A DNA stretch of 64,000 nucleotides from Dehalococcoidia bacterium (GCA_965207225.1 CBDBLV010000005.1:512001-576000); one strand, 5' to 3'. Shown: positions 48,381 to 58,395, counted from the first letter of the stretch. Notes: generated by a model not told the origin, from the sequence alone. Numbers and translations are program-made.

Positions 48381-49443
48381 AGACTTCGAGTCCGCCCTCG
48401 ACCGGTGCCTCGACGCACTGATTCGCGGGGATTCCATCGAGCTCTGCCTCGCGCGCTTTCCCGAGCACGCCTCCGAGCTCGAGCCCCTTCTCCTTGCCGC
48501 GCGCCGGATCATCGACCTCCCCCACCCCGTCCCCAGCCCCGAGCTAAAGGCCCAGACCCTCAGGGCCCTCGACCTGGCGCCCCTCTCCCTCGAAGAAGTC
48601 CGCTTCCGGGACGCCCTCAACCACTGCCTCGACCTCCTTGCAGAGGGCAAGAGCATCGACCACTGCATCGAGCTCTACCCCGAAATGTCCTCCCTCCTCA
48701 CCCCGCTCCTCTCCACCGCTTCAACCCTCCGCGACTCCATCCTCGTAACCCCCACCCCCGAGTTCAAGGCCGCAGCCCGCCGCCGGGTCCTCTCCCGGGT
48801 GGAACAGCGCAAGGCAATCAGGTGGCTCCCCATCCCCTCCTGGCGCCGCTGGGCGTACAGGGGCGCTCTTGTTGCCGCTACTTTCCTCATCATGATTTCC
48901 GCAGGCCAGCTCACCCTGCGCGCCTCATCTGGCAGCTCTCCGGGCGACGCCCTCTATCCCGTCAAGGAGTTCTCCGAAACCGTCCGCATGAGACTCGCCA
49001 CCTCTCAGGAGGACGAGGCCAAGCTCCACGTCGAGCTGGCCGGTCGACGCGCCCAGGAAATGGCCGACGTCGCCGCCGATGGAGACCGAGAGATGGTCCA
49101 GGAGCTTCTCGTGAAGCTGGAAGCCCACCTCGAAGAAGCCCCGAGACTCATGAACGAAAAACAATTCCACAAGGCCCTGGACATGGTCCTCGAAGGCGGG
49201 GGTCAGCTGGACCATTCCCATGTCCGCGACCTCCTCGCCGTCCTCAACCAGGACATAAGGACCAACGAGGCCCGCCTCAAGGACGCCATGTACGAAGTCC
49301 CGCCCGACATGCTCCCCGAGTTGGAGGACGCCATCGCCCGCGTCCGCAACCACTACTCCGTCTCCATCGCCACCCTCGAGGCCCGGCGCTCCACCGATGA
49401 CCTCGACTCCCTCAACGGCGTCAGGCTCACCTTCCGTAAATAG
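48367..49443 (+). CDS. putative anti-sigma factor (DUF5667-like)
   Basis: Overlaps the ECF gene; single TM helix followed by SSPGDALYPVK...E; duplicated N-terminal CL..L..G.SI..C...P unit. Confidence 0.75.
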   Translation: MENTRDFESALDRCLDALIRGDSIELCLARFPEHASELEPLLLAARRIIDLPHPVPSPELKAQTLRALDLAPLSLEEVRFRDALNHCLDLLAEGKSIDHCIELYPEMSSLLTPLLSTASTLRDSILVTPTPEFKAAARRRVLSRVEQRKAIRWLPIPSWRRWAYRGALVAATFLIMISAGQLTLRASSGSSPGDALYPVKEFSETVRMRLATSQEDEAKLHVELAGRRAQEMADVAADGDREMVQELLVKLEAHLEEAPRLMNEKQFHKALDMVLEGGGQLDHSHVRDLLAVLNQDIRTNEARLKDAMYEVPPDMLPELEDAIARVRNHYSVSIATLEARRSTDDLDSLNGVRLTFRK

Positions 49444-49626
49444 GGTGGTGCGGCAGTTTGATCGCCTGCCAGCCGGTAGGCTTTAGTACGCGCTTCACTT
49501 TGATGATCTGATGGAAATGGTGGGGGCGCAACGTCGCGTCAATGTCGAGCTTCTAGCGGCAATTGACGCATTGAAGAAACAGCTGGGTAACTTATGGAAG
49601 ACCGGATAAAGGCGCCGGTGGGGGTG

Positions 49627-49914
49627 TTAGAAGTCGGGCGGCAGAATATCAAATGAGCTCGGATACTGCTCTAATACTTCGTTTAGAGCCTCCATTACAG
49701 CTGCGCTGAACCATCCCGCCATACGACGAGTCAGTTTTGGGCTCCACACTGCAATATCCTCCAGAACATGGGACAGAAGAATTGTGTTCTGAAAGGGTCG
49801 GTGGCCGAGAATTAAATTGTGCTGTCTATTCCGAAAGCTCTTTGGATCTCCGGGGATCGGAGTCCATCCGTGAGCACGATACGCTGTCGTCAACTGATTT
49901 AGCGTAATGTACAT
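49627..49914 (-). CDS. hypothetical protein (possibly HicA-like)
   Basis: 95-aa ORF coupled by TAATG to the upstream gene; lower-GC DNA. Confidence 0.5.
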   Translation of the reverse strand: MYITLNQLTTAYRAHGWTPIPGDPKSFRNRQHNLILGHRPFQNTILLSHVLEDIAVWSPKLTRRMAGWFSAAVMEALNEVLEQYPSSFDILPPDF

Positions 49915-50285
49915 TACTCAACTGTGACTAGCTGGGAGGAGACGATTTCTCTCATGAGATTACGCCAATCACTCTCTGGCCTTTCCCTCTCCTCATCCTC
50001 TATTGTCGGCTCTCGAAGTATGGTGAATCCCGTTGGTTCCTTGGAGTCAGCCCGCTCAATAGACCAGTCTACCTTGGAGTGATTAAGTTGAGCCTCCAGA
50101 GTTCCATACTTGATGGCATGTCTGAGGAAGGCGCTGAGTAGATCGTACAATTCGGTGCGTGCATCCCTGTCAGTCTTGCCATAGGCGGTCAGCCCTAGTT
50201 CCCGGAATCGAGCCACACAAAGCCCTGCCTCCTCGCTGTGACCTATAGACAGCATGGGGGATAAGGTGATTTTATTTCTGCCCAT
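49914..50285 (-). CDS. HicB-like protein
   Basis: ARFRELGLTAYGKTDRDARTEL resembles the HicB core; GGAGG SD before ATG at 50285. Confidence 0.55.
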   Translation of the reverse strand: MGRNKITLSPMLSIGHSEEAGLCVARFRELGLTAYGKTDRDARTELYDLLSAFLRHAIKYGTLEAQLNHSKVDWSIERADSKEPTGFTILREPTIEDEERERPESDWRNLMREIVSSQLVTVE

Positions 50286-50530
50286 TCTCTTCCTCCCTGT
50301 CAGGTGTGCAATTGTTGACATTCTTATGTTAGAGAAATTCGTCTGTGTGGTCAACTTGGCCCAAAGGCCTTGTTTATGGCCTTTCCACTTCTGTCTTGAA
50401 TCCTGGTACCCCGTCAAGATCTCAAGTTCGGTGTCGAGACACCAGTTTAGTCCGAATTGAAAGAGTACCCAAAACAACCCCCGACTTGATAGCCCATCCC
50501 CTTAGCTGGTACGCTTGAACCTTACCGGCT

Positions 50531-52303
50531 ATGAGACCCCTCCTCCGCCTCTCGGCCTTCCTCGGGCCCTATAAGAAACACCTCACCCTGGCCTACTTCG
50601 CCCTCGTCGTCTCCACCCTCCTCTCCCTCGCCGTCCCCCGACTCCTCGGCGACTCCATAGACAAGGTCCTCGAAAAGGACACCTTCGGCTTCCTTCTGCT
50701 TCTCGGTGGTGGCGTCATGGCCTTCGCCGTCGCCCGCGGCATCTTTGCCTATCTCCAGACCTACGTCGCCGAGTTCATCTCCCAGAAGGTCGCCTACGAC
50801 CTCCGAAGCGCCATCTATGATCATCTCCAGCGACTCAGCTTCGCCTACCATGACACCCAGCAGACCGGCCATCTCATGTCCCGCGCCACCGCCGACGTCG
50901 AAGGCGTCCGCTGGTTCATCAGCCTCGGCCTGGTCCGTTCCGTCCACCTCCTCGTCCTTTTCGGCGGCATTAGCGGCCTCCTTTTCGTCACCAACTGGAA
51001 GCTCGGGCTTATTTCCCTGGGCGTCTTGCCCCTCGTCGGCGCCCGGGCAACCTTCGTATCCCGCAGGCTCCGGGTCGTATGGCGCAACATCCAGGACATG
51101 CGCGGCCGCATGGGTGCCAACCTCCAGGAAAACCTCGCCGGCGCCCGGGTCGTCAAGGCCTTCTCCCGAGAGGACTTCGAAAGCCGCAAGTTCGATAAGG
51201 GCGCCGTCGAGCTCGCAGAAGAAAACGTCCTCGCCTCCCGGATCCAGGCCACCAACGCCCCGTTGATGAACTTCATCTTCGCAGTCATCACCATCGCCGT
51301 CCTCTGGGTCGGGGCCCGAGAAGTCGTTGCAGGCGCCATTACCCCCGGCGAGCTCACCCAGTTCATCTTCTACCTCATGCTCCTCGCCTTCCCCGTCAGG
51401 ATCGTTGGCTGGGTCATAACCATGTTCTCCAGGGCCGCCTCCTGCGGCGAGCGGATCTTCGAAATCCTGGACGCCGACTCTCCCGTCCGGCAAGCCCCCG
51501 ACGCCAGAGAACTAAGCAGCGTCCGCGGCAGAGTCGAGTTCCGAAACGTATCCTTCCGCTACGAAGGCGCAGCCCCCACCCTCCGCGGCATCGACCTCCA
51601 GGTGGAGCCCGGGCAGGTCGTCGCCCTTCTGGGCGCTGCGGGCAGCGGCAAGACCACCGTCGTCCACCTCCTCCCCCGCTTCTACGACGTTACTGAAGGC
51701 TCCATCCATATCGACGGCATCGACGTCCGGGACCTCACCCTCGACTCCCTCCGGCGTGAGGTCGGAATCGTCCAGCAGGAGGTCTTCCTGTTCGGCGACA
51801 CCGTTAGGAACAACATCGCCTACGCCACCCCCGACGCTCCCCTCGAAGACGTAAAGCGCGCCGCCGAGGCCGCCCGCATCAGCGATTTCATCGAGTCCCT
51901 CCCCAAGGGCTACGACTCCTGGGTCGGCGAGCGGGGCATCACCCTCTCCGGCGGCCAGAAGCAGCGCATCTCCATCGCCCGGACCCTCCTCATGGATCCC
52001 AGGATCCTCGTCCTCGACGACTCCACCGCCAGCGTCGACACCGAGACCGAAATGCTCATCCAGGAAGCCCTTAAAGTCCTAATCAAGGGCCGCACCACCT
52101 TCGTCATTGCCCAACGACTCAGCACCGTCCGCAACGCAGACCTCATCCTCGTCCTCGACGAGGGCCGCATCGCCGAGCGCGGTACCCACTCCGAACTCCT
52201 CGCCGCAGGCGGCATCTACAAGGAAATCCACGACCTCCAACTCACCCCCCATCCCCCCGCCCCCAGGCCCGCAGCTTCAGCATCCATCGCCGGAGGAGCC
52301 TAG
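50531..52303 (+). CDS. ABC exporter, fused permease/ATPase
   Basis: TM domain, GAAGSGKT, LSGGQKQR, LVLDD (degenerate site). Confidence 0.93.
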   Translation: MRPLLRLSAFLGPYKKHLTLAYFALVVSTLLSLAVPRLLGDSIDKVLEKDTFGFLLLLGGGVMAFAVARGIFAYLQTYVAEFISQKVAYDLRSAIYDHLQRLSFAYHDTQQTGHLMSRATADVEGVRWFISLGLVRSVHLLVLFGGISGLLFVTNWKLGLISLGVLPLVGARATFVSRRLRVVWRNIQDMRGRMGANLQENLAGARVVKAFSREDFESRKFDKGAVELAEENVLASRIQATNAPLMNFIFAVITIAVLWVGAREVVAGAITPGELTQFIFYLMLLAFPVRIVGWVITMFSRAASCGERIFEILDADSPVRQAPDARELSSVRGRVEFRNVSFRYEGAAPTLRGIDLQVEPGQVVALLGAAGSGKTTVVHLLPRFYDVTEGSIHIDGIDVRDLTLDSLRREVGIVQQEVFLFGDTVRNNIAYATPDAPLEDVKRAAEAARISDFIESLPKGYDSWVGERGITLSGGQKQRISIARTLLMDPRILVLDDSTASVDTETEMLIQEALKVLIKGRTTFVIAQRLSTVRNADLILVLDEGRIAERGTHSELLAAGGIYKEIHDLQLTPHPPAPRPAASASIAGGA

Positions 52304-52332
52304 CTATCCCTTCCACGAGACCTTTGCCTACT

Positions 52333-52478
52333 GTCATTCCGATGCCCCGCGAGGAATCTGGGGTGGCCAGGGGTGGCCTCCGCCTCCCCCGTAGGGGCGA
52401 CCGGCCGGTCGCCGTCCCCGGGGCGGGGCCGCTCACCCTGAGCGGAAAAGTTTACCCTGAGCGAAGTCGAAGGGAAGG
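52333..52478 (+). repeat. mixed REP-like cluster
   Basis: GTCATTCC element at 52333, GTAGGGGCGACCGGCCGGTCGCC at 52391, CCCTGAGCGAAGTCGAAGGG at about 52455. Confidence 0.78.
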
Positions 52479-52587
52479 GTCGAGCGGGGGGTGGCCCACG
52501 CACCGTCAACCAACCGCAACCTTACCGTCTACTCCCAGCCCTTTATTCTCGACTCCAGCCTGCCCCCTTCCATCATCCCCTCCCCTC

Positions 52588-52705
52588 AGTATTGAACTAG
52601 AGGCAGAGGTTGGCGCTTTTGCGCCAACCTCTGCTTCTGTTCTTCTCTCCCCTTCTCCCTTAAAGGCCCCAAGGGAGAGGGGGATCAAGGGGGTGAGGGT
52701 TCCCC
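52588..52705 (+). repeat. variable-stem double-hairpin repeat, copy 4
   Basis: Stem GAGGCAGAGGTTGGCGC / GCGCCAACCTCTGCTTC. Confidence 0.92.
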
Positions 52706-52848
52706 GCCCCAGGGCAGAATCCGCTCATCCCGAGGCAACTCGAAGAGCCTGCCCCGAGTCCCTCGAGGGGGTCAAGCGAATTCTGGGAGGGGGCTCCTTC
52801 GCCCCCAGATCACGCATAAGCCCCGAGAAAGGCTAACCCCAGCCCACC

Positions 52849-54642
52849 ATGCCCATGTACTACAGCGGCCGCTCCGGCAACATCGACGAGACCGACATCC
52901 GCGGCAGCCTCTACAACCACCAGGTCATGATGAGGCTCCTCCCCTACCTCGGCCCCTACAAGAAGACCGTCGCCGTCGCCACCGCGGCCATGCTCGTCTA
53001 CACCGGCAGCCTCGTCGTCTTCCCCTGGCTCATCGCCCTCGCCTTCGCCGCCGTCGTCGACGGCGAGCTTGGACGCCTGACCTGGATTCTGTTGGCTATG
53101 GGCATCAACGCCCTCGCCGGATGGGCTTTCAACTACGTCCAGCTTGTGCTCATGGCCCGGGTCGGCCAGAACGTTCTGTACGACCTACGCATGGACCTCT
53201 TCCGACACCTCCAGAGGCTCTCCCTCAGCTTCTATGACCGCAACGAAGTAGGCCGCATCATGTCCCGGATGCAGAACGACATCATCCAGCTTCAGGAGTT
53301 CCTCACCACCGGCATCCTGATCTTCGGCGACATGCTGGTCCTCGGCGGAATAGTAGGCGCCATGCTTCTCATGGACGTGCAGCTTGCCCTCGTGACCCTT
53401 GCCGTCCTGCCCTTCCTCTTCCTCCTCCTCTACTACTGGCAGCAGTTCGCCCGACGCGCCTACCTCCGAGTCCGCAGGGCCATCGCCGCCGTCAACGCCT
53501 CCCTACAGGAGAACATCGCCGGCATCCGGGTAGTCCAGAGCATGGGCAGGGAGGACATCAACCTCAAGAAGTTCAACCGGCTCAACGGCCGAAACCTCGA
53601 CACCAGCCTCGACGCCAGCCGTCTCTCCTCCGGCGTCCTCCCCGTCGTCGAGATTATCGACGCCCTTGCCCTCTCTCTCGTCATCGTCTACGGCGGCAGC
53701 CTCGCCCTCGGCGGCGACATCCCCACCGAGGTCCTCGTCGCCTTCGCCATGTACATCCAGCGCTTCTTCGAACCCGTCCGCAACCTCACCATGCAGTACA
53801 CCGCGGTCCAGCGCGCCATGGCCTCCGGCGTCGGCGTTTTCGAGCTCATGGACGTTCCCCCCGCCGTCAAGGACGCCCCCCGCGCCGCCCCCCTCCCCAC
53901 CATCAACGGCCGACTCCACTTTGACCACGTCAGCTTCTCCTACAATGAGGGCGTCGAGGTCCTAACCGACATCGACCTCCTCATCGAACCCGGCGAGACC
54001 ATCGCCGTCGTAGGCCCGACCGGCGGCGGCAAGAGCACTCTGGTCTCCCTCGTCGCCCGCCTCTACGACGTTTCCGAAGGCCGCATCACCATCGATGGCG
54101 TCGACATCCGGGACGTCACCCGCGAGTCCCTCACCCGTCAGGTCACCACCGTCCTCCAGGACCCCTTCCTCTTCACCGGCACCGTCGCCGAGAACATCCG
54201 CTACGGACGCCTCGACGCCACCGACCGGGAAATTCGTGATGCCGCAACCCTCGTCGGCGCCGACCCCTTCATCTCCCGCCTCCCCGACGGCTACAACACC
54301 CAGCTTCACGAGATGGGAAGCAACCTCAGCTCCGGCCAGCGTCAGCTTGTAAGCTTCGCCCGGGCCGTCATCGCCGACCCCCGTATCCTCATCCTCGACG
54401 AAGCCACCGCCAATATCGACACCCAGACCGAGAACCTAATCCAGAGCGCCCTCGTCCGCCTCCTCGAAGGCCGCACCTCCCTAATCATCGCCCACCGACT
54501 CTCCACCGTGCGCAACGCCTCCCGCATCGTCGTCATAGACAACGGCCGCATCGCCGAAATCGGCAGCCACGAAGAGCTTGTGAACAATAACGGCGTCTAC
54601 GCCCGACTCCACCACATGACCATGCAGGCCATGCAATCCTAG
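52849..54642 (+). CDS. ABC exporter, fused permease/ATPase (heterodimer partner)
   Basis: GPTGGGKST, LSSGQRQ, LILDEAT, IAHRLST. Confidence 0.93.
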   Translation: MPMYYSGRSGNIDETDIRGSLYNHQVMMRLLPYLGPYKKTVAVATAAMLVYTGSLVVFPWLIALAFAAVVDGELGRLTWILLAMGINALAGWAFNYVQLVLMARVGQNVLYDLRMDLFRHLQRLSLSFYDRNEVGRIMSRMQNDIIQLQEFLTTGILIFGDMLVLGGIVGAMLLMDVQLALVTLAVLPFLFLLLYYWQQFARRAYLRVRRAIAAVNASLQENIAGIRVVQSMGREDINLKKFNRLNGRNLDTSLDASRLSSGVLPVVEIIDALALSLVIVYGGSLALGGDIPTEVLVAFAMYIQRFFEPVRNLTMQYTAVQRAMASGVGVFELMDVPPAVKDAPRAAPLPTINGRLHFDHVSFSYNEGVEVLTDIDLLIEPGETIAVVGPTGGGKSTLVSLVARLYDVSEGRITIDGVDIRDVTRESLTRQVTTVLQDPFLFTGTVAENIRYGRLDATDREIRDAATLVGADPFISRLPDGYNTQLHEMGSNLSSGQRQLVSFARAVIADPRILILDEATANIDTQTENLIQSALVRLLEGRTSLIIAHRLSTVRNASRIVVIDNGRIAEIGSHEELVNNNGVYARLHHMTMQAMQS

Positions 54643-54738
54643 CCCCCTCCGCTCTCCGTCATTCCCGTGGAGACGGGAATCCATCCCTCCGAAACAATCA
54701 CCTGCAACCCCGCAACTCACCCCGACCCCCTTCCCATC

Positions 54739-54856
54739 AGTACCAAAACTAGAGGCAGGCGCATGTGCTGTGCACATGCGCCTGCCTCTGTTTTCTTTTC
54801 CCCCTCTCCCTTAACGGCCCTAAGGGAGAGGGGGACCAAGGGGGAGAGGGTTCCCC
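54739..54856 (+). repeat. variable-stem double-hairpin repeat, copy 5
   Basis: Stem GAGGCAGGCGCATGTGC / GCACATGCGCCTGCCTC; GTCATTCC REP at 54658. Confidence 0.92.
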
Positions 54857-54951
54857 CGTGGGGCCGGGGGGACATCCCACCGATAGCCAGGCCCCCTCAC
54901 CGCGCGTCAAGAGCGATATTCTCCCAGGTAGCCGCCTCGTCTAAGGAGGCG

Positions 54952-55980
54952 CTACAACAAACTCCCCTGCTCCGCCGACACCCCCGCCGTGTAGGCGATC
55001 CCTAGGTGCTCGTAGGCCCCCTTCGTCGCCACCCGACCCCGGGGCGTCCGGTCCAGGAAGCCCAGCTGTAGCAGGTAAGGCTCGTAAACGTCCTGGATCG
55101 TGTCCGGCTCCTCGCTTATCGACGCCGCCACCGTGTCCAGCCCGACAGGCCCCCCGTTGTAGTTCTGGATAATCGTCCGAAGCACCCGGTGGTCTATCTC
55201 GTCCAGCCCCAGCGAGTCCACTTCGAGCCGCGCCAGCGCCTCCGACGCCGCCTCCTGAGATATCACCCCGTCACCCATCACCTCCGCGTAGTCCCTCACC
55301 CGCTTCAGCAGCCGGTTCGCCACCCGAGGCGTCCCCCTCGCCCGACGCGCTATCTCCTCCAGCCCCTCCTCCTCCGCCTTTACCCCCAGGATCCCCGCCG
55401 CCCGACCCACTATCTCCTTGATCGCCGCCGTGTCGTAGAAGTCCAGCCGGTATATCGCCCCGAACCTGTTCCTCAATGGCGCACTCACCATCGCATACCG
55501 AGTCGTCGCCCCGACAAACGTGAACCGAGGCAGCTTCAACCTCAGGCTCCTCGCCCCAGCCCCCTTCCCGATCATGATGTCCAGCGCGAAGTCCTCCATC
55601 GCCGGGTACAGCACCTCCTCCACCGCCCGGCTCAGCCTGTGTACCTCGTCGATGAATAGAATATCGTCCTTCTTCAGGTTGGTGATGATCGCCGCCAGGT
55701 CCCCCGCCCTCTCCACCGCCGGCCCCGACGTCGTCTTGATGTTCACCCCCATCTCTGCCGCCACAATGTTCGCCAGCGTCGTCTTTCCCAGCCCCGGGGG
55801 GCCGTACAGCAGGACGTGGTCCAGCGCCTCGCCCCGCTTCTTGGAAGCAGCTATCGCTATCGAAAGGTTCCCCTTCACCTTGTCCTGACCGATGTACTCG
55901 GAAAGATGCTTGGGCCTCAGGCTCAGGTCCAGCGACCCGTCCTGCGTGTGCGGCTTCGCCGACACTATCCGCTCAGCCAT
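54952..55980 (-). CDS. ruvB: Holliday junction branch migration helicase
   Basis: [46 protein letters not shown]. Confidence 0.97.
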   Translation of the reverse strand: MAERIVSAKPHTQDGSLDLSLRPKHLSEYIGQDKVKGNLSIAIAASKKRGEALDHVLLYGPPGLGKTTLANIVAAEMGVNIKTTSGPAVERAGDLAAIITNLKKDDILFIDEVHRLSRAVEEVLYPAMEDFALDIMIGKGAGARSLRLKLPRFTFVGATTRYAMVSAPLRNRFGAIYRLDFYDTAAIKEIVGRAAGILGVKAEEEGLEEIARRARGTPRVANRLLKRVRDYAEVMGDGVISQEAASEALARLEVDSLGLDEIDHRVLRTIIQNYNGGPVGLDTVAASISEEPDTIQDVYEPYLLQLGFLDRTPRGRVATKGAYEHLGIAYTAGVSAEQGSLL

Positions 55981-56094
55981 CCGTCCTCCCCTCCCTCATC
56001 CCGCCCCCCATGTCATTCCGAACGGCAGTGAGGAATCTGGGGTGGTGCGGTGCAGGTCTCCCAAACCACCTCAACACCCCCTCCCCTCTCCCCC

Positions 56095-56211
56095 AGTACT
56101 GAACTAGAGGCAGACGCATGTGCAGCGCACATGCGTCTGCCTCTGTTCTTCTCTCCCCCTCTCCCTTATAGGCCCTAAGGGAGAGGGGGACCAAGGGGGT
56201 GAGGGTTCCCC
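56095..56211 (+). repeat. variable-stem double-hairpin repeat, copy 6
   Basis: Stem GAGGCAGACGCATGTGC / GCACATGCGTCTGCCTC; flanked by REPs at 56012, 56295 and 56338. Confidence 0.92.
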
Positions 56212-56401
56212 TGTGGGGACGGGGAGCATCCCCTCCCCTGTAGTGGCGTCCCTCGTGGGCGCCCTCCCCGGACGCGGGGTGGTGTTGGGTCTCCGTAGGG
56301 GCGACCGGCGGGTCGCCCTCCCCGACGAGACACCGCTCACCCTGAGCAAAGTCGAAGTGCGAGCGTGGGCCTGCCCACGCCCCTGCCATCCGTCCCACCC
56401 C

Positions 56402-57175
56402 CTACCGACCCCTGAACGTCGGCGCCCGCTTCTGCTGGAACGACTCGATCCCCTCGGCGTAGTCCTCCGTGTGCATCAGCATCCGGTTCGTGTGGAACTC
56501 CATCCCCAGCATCGTCTGCAGCGGCGACTCCTGCGCCGCGTATGTCACCCGGCGTATCGCCGAAACCGTCAACGGCGGGTTCGCCGCTATCTGTGCCGCC
56601 AGCGCATCCGCCGTAGACAAAAGCTCCTCCGCTGGCACCACCTCACTCACCAGCCCCATCCCCAGCGCCGTCTGTGCATCTATGATCTCCCCCGTGTACA
56701 TCATCCTGAACGCATTAGAAAGCCCGACTATCCTCGGCAGCACGTAGCTCAGCCCACAGTCCACCCCCAGCGCCCGACGCACGAATATCGCCGTAAACCT
56801 CGCCTGCTCCGATGCTATCCGGATGTCGCAGGCCATAGCCAGCGAAAACCCCAGCCCCGCCGACACCCCGTTTATCGCCCCGATTATCGGACGACGCAGA
56901 GACCTCATTTGCAGGAAGATTCCGTCCCAGAGCCCCGTCCACGCATTCAGAGACTGCTTCTGTTCCGTTCCCGAAACGTCCGCCCCCGAGCAGAACCCCT
57001 TCCCCGCCCCCGTGATAATCAGCACCCTGCTATCGTGGTCCTCGTTGATCTGCTGCAGTATCTCCCGGAACTCCAGGCCCATATCGTGCGTCACCGCATT
57101 GAGCTTCTCCGGCCGGTTGAAAGTAAGCACTATCCGACCGTCCGTGTTGTTCATTTGGAAATACTTCAATCCCAT
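56402..57175 (-). CDS. enoyl-CoA hydratase/isomerase family protein
   Basis: NRPEKLNA, FCSGAD, AINGVSAGLG..LAMACDIR. Confidence 0.92.
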   Translation of the reverse strand: MGLKYFQMNNTDGRIVLTFNRPEKLNAVTHDMGLEFREILQQINEDHDSRVLIITGAGKGFCSGADVSGTEQKQSLNAWTGLWDGIFLQMRSLRRPIIGAINGVSAGLGFSLAMACDIRIASEQARFTAIFVRRALGVDCGLSYVLPRIVGLSNAFRMMYTGEIIDAQTALGMGLVSEVVPAEELLSTADALAAQIAANPPLTVSAIRRVTYAAQESPLQTMLGMEFHTNRMLMHTEDYAEGIESFQQKRAPTFRGR

Positions 57176-57275
57176 GCCAATCTCCCGGGTAATCGGGCCC
57201 CTTATCGCAGGCCCTCATCCTCTCGGCATAATACCCACCCCCCCATTCCAGCGTCAACAAACCCCCTCCCTTTCC

Positions 57276-57456
57276 CATCCCGATGCCCCGCGAAGGATCT
57301 CTCACGCCAGCCCCCCCTCCGTCATCCCCGCCCTCCCCCACCGTCACCCCGACCCCCCAACTATCCGTCATTCCCGACCCCGATCGGGAATCCATCCCGC
57401 GGGGGTGGGGCCGGGCGTCCTTCCCCCTTCCGATTCCGATGCCCCGCGAGGAATCT
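57276..57456 (+). repeat. three GTCATTCC-family REP-like copies
   Basis: Copies at about 57276, 57367 and 57432. Confidence 0.75.
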
Positions 57457-57610
57457 CAAGCGCCAGCCCACCCATCAACCCCGGCCCTGGAAAACCACAT
57501 CCCTCAGCAGGGGGATGAGAGTTCCCCCTTTCCCATCCCTTAAACAATCAAAACCATGCCTGAAACCGCAAAACGATCAAACAACACCACCCCTCCCACC
57601 ACCCCCTTCC

Positions 57611-57639
57611 TTGACACCTCTACCCCGAAAAAATATACT
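57611..57639 (+). promoter_or_regulatory. sigma70 promoter of the yceD-rpmF-fab operon
   Basis: TTGACA-N17-TATACT. Confidence 0.75.
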
Positions 57640-57668
57640 TGTTCTTCGATTTATCTAGGCTGCTAGGC

Positions 57669-58190
57669 ATGCATTTCAACGTAGCGCAGCTCCTTTCGGG
57701 GCCCGTGGGCGCCGTCAGGCAGCGTACAATATCCGGTGGCCTGGTTGCGGCGGACGGTCTCCCAGGGACCGTGATCTCCGGGTCAGTCGAAATCATGCGC
57801 ACCGACCGCGGCGTACTGGTCCGGGGCACGCTCTCCGCAGCCCTCGCCCTGGAATGCGTCCGGTGCCTGGAACAGTTCGAGGAGACCGTGCCCGTCTCCT
57901 TGGAGGAGGAATACATATCGGCTCATCAGGTCTCCGGGAGAGCGGAGCGGCTCGCCCTGCAGGCCGACAACCTGCTCGTCGACTCCAATAACCTCCTCGA
58001 CCTCGAGCCTGCCCTTAAGGAATACGCTTCACTTAACAGCCCGCTGAAGCCCGTCTGCAGCCCCGACTGCCCGGGTCTCTGCCCTAGTTGCGGGGCCGAC
58101 CTCTCCCGTGCCGCCTGCCTCTGCACTGCCACTGAAGCATCAAGCGACACTGGCCTCTCGGCCCTTCTGGAAAAATACCGCACGGCCTGA
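57669..58190 (+). CDS. DUF177/YceD family protein
   Basis: ECVRCL, KPVCSPDCPGLCPSCG; directly upstream of rpmF. Confidence 0.88.
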   Translation: MHFNVAQLLSGPVGAVRQRTISGGLVAADGLPGTVISGSVEIMRTDRGVLVRGTLSAALALECVRCLEQFEETVPVSLEEEYISAHQVSGRAERLALQADNLLVDSNNLLDLEPALKEYASLNSPLKPVCSPDCPGLCPSCGADLSRAACLCTATEASSDTGLSALLEKYRTA

Positions 58191-58218
58191 CCACAGGCCC
58201 GGAGTTTCGAGTTTACCC

Positions 58219-58395
58219 ATGGGTGCATTACCTAAGAGAAAGACAAGCAAGTCCAGGAGAAACAAGCGACGAGGCCATGACAAGGTCATTGGCCCCACCT
58301 TGGTTGAATGTTCCCGGTGCCGCAGCCCCAGGGTCCCCCACCGCGTCTGTCCCGCTTGCGGCACCTATAATGGCCGGGAGGTGTTCGCCGAATAG
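58219..58395 (+). CDS. rpmF: 50S ribosomal protein L32
   Basis: MGALPKRKTSKSRRNKRRGH...CSRC...PHRVCPACGTYNGREV. Confidence 0.95.
   Translation: MGALPKRKTSKSRRNKRRGHDKVIGPTLVECSRCRSPRVPHRVCPACGTYNGREVFAE

Noticed and set aside
49487-49609. Short + strand frame (LHFDDLMEMVGAQRR...)
   Set aside because: About 40 codons after an in-frame stop, with no clear SD; at most a gene remnant.
8315-56211. CRISPR interpretation of the constant-variable-constant repeats
   Set aside because: Copies are dispersed, not tandem; the variable part is self-complementary; no cas genes in the window.
56120-57658. 512-aa + strand ORF, and similar long ORFs at 45725, 48405 and 27893
   Set aside because: Shadow frames overlapping well-supported genes and repeats; high GC and strong skew suppress stop codons.
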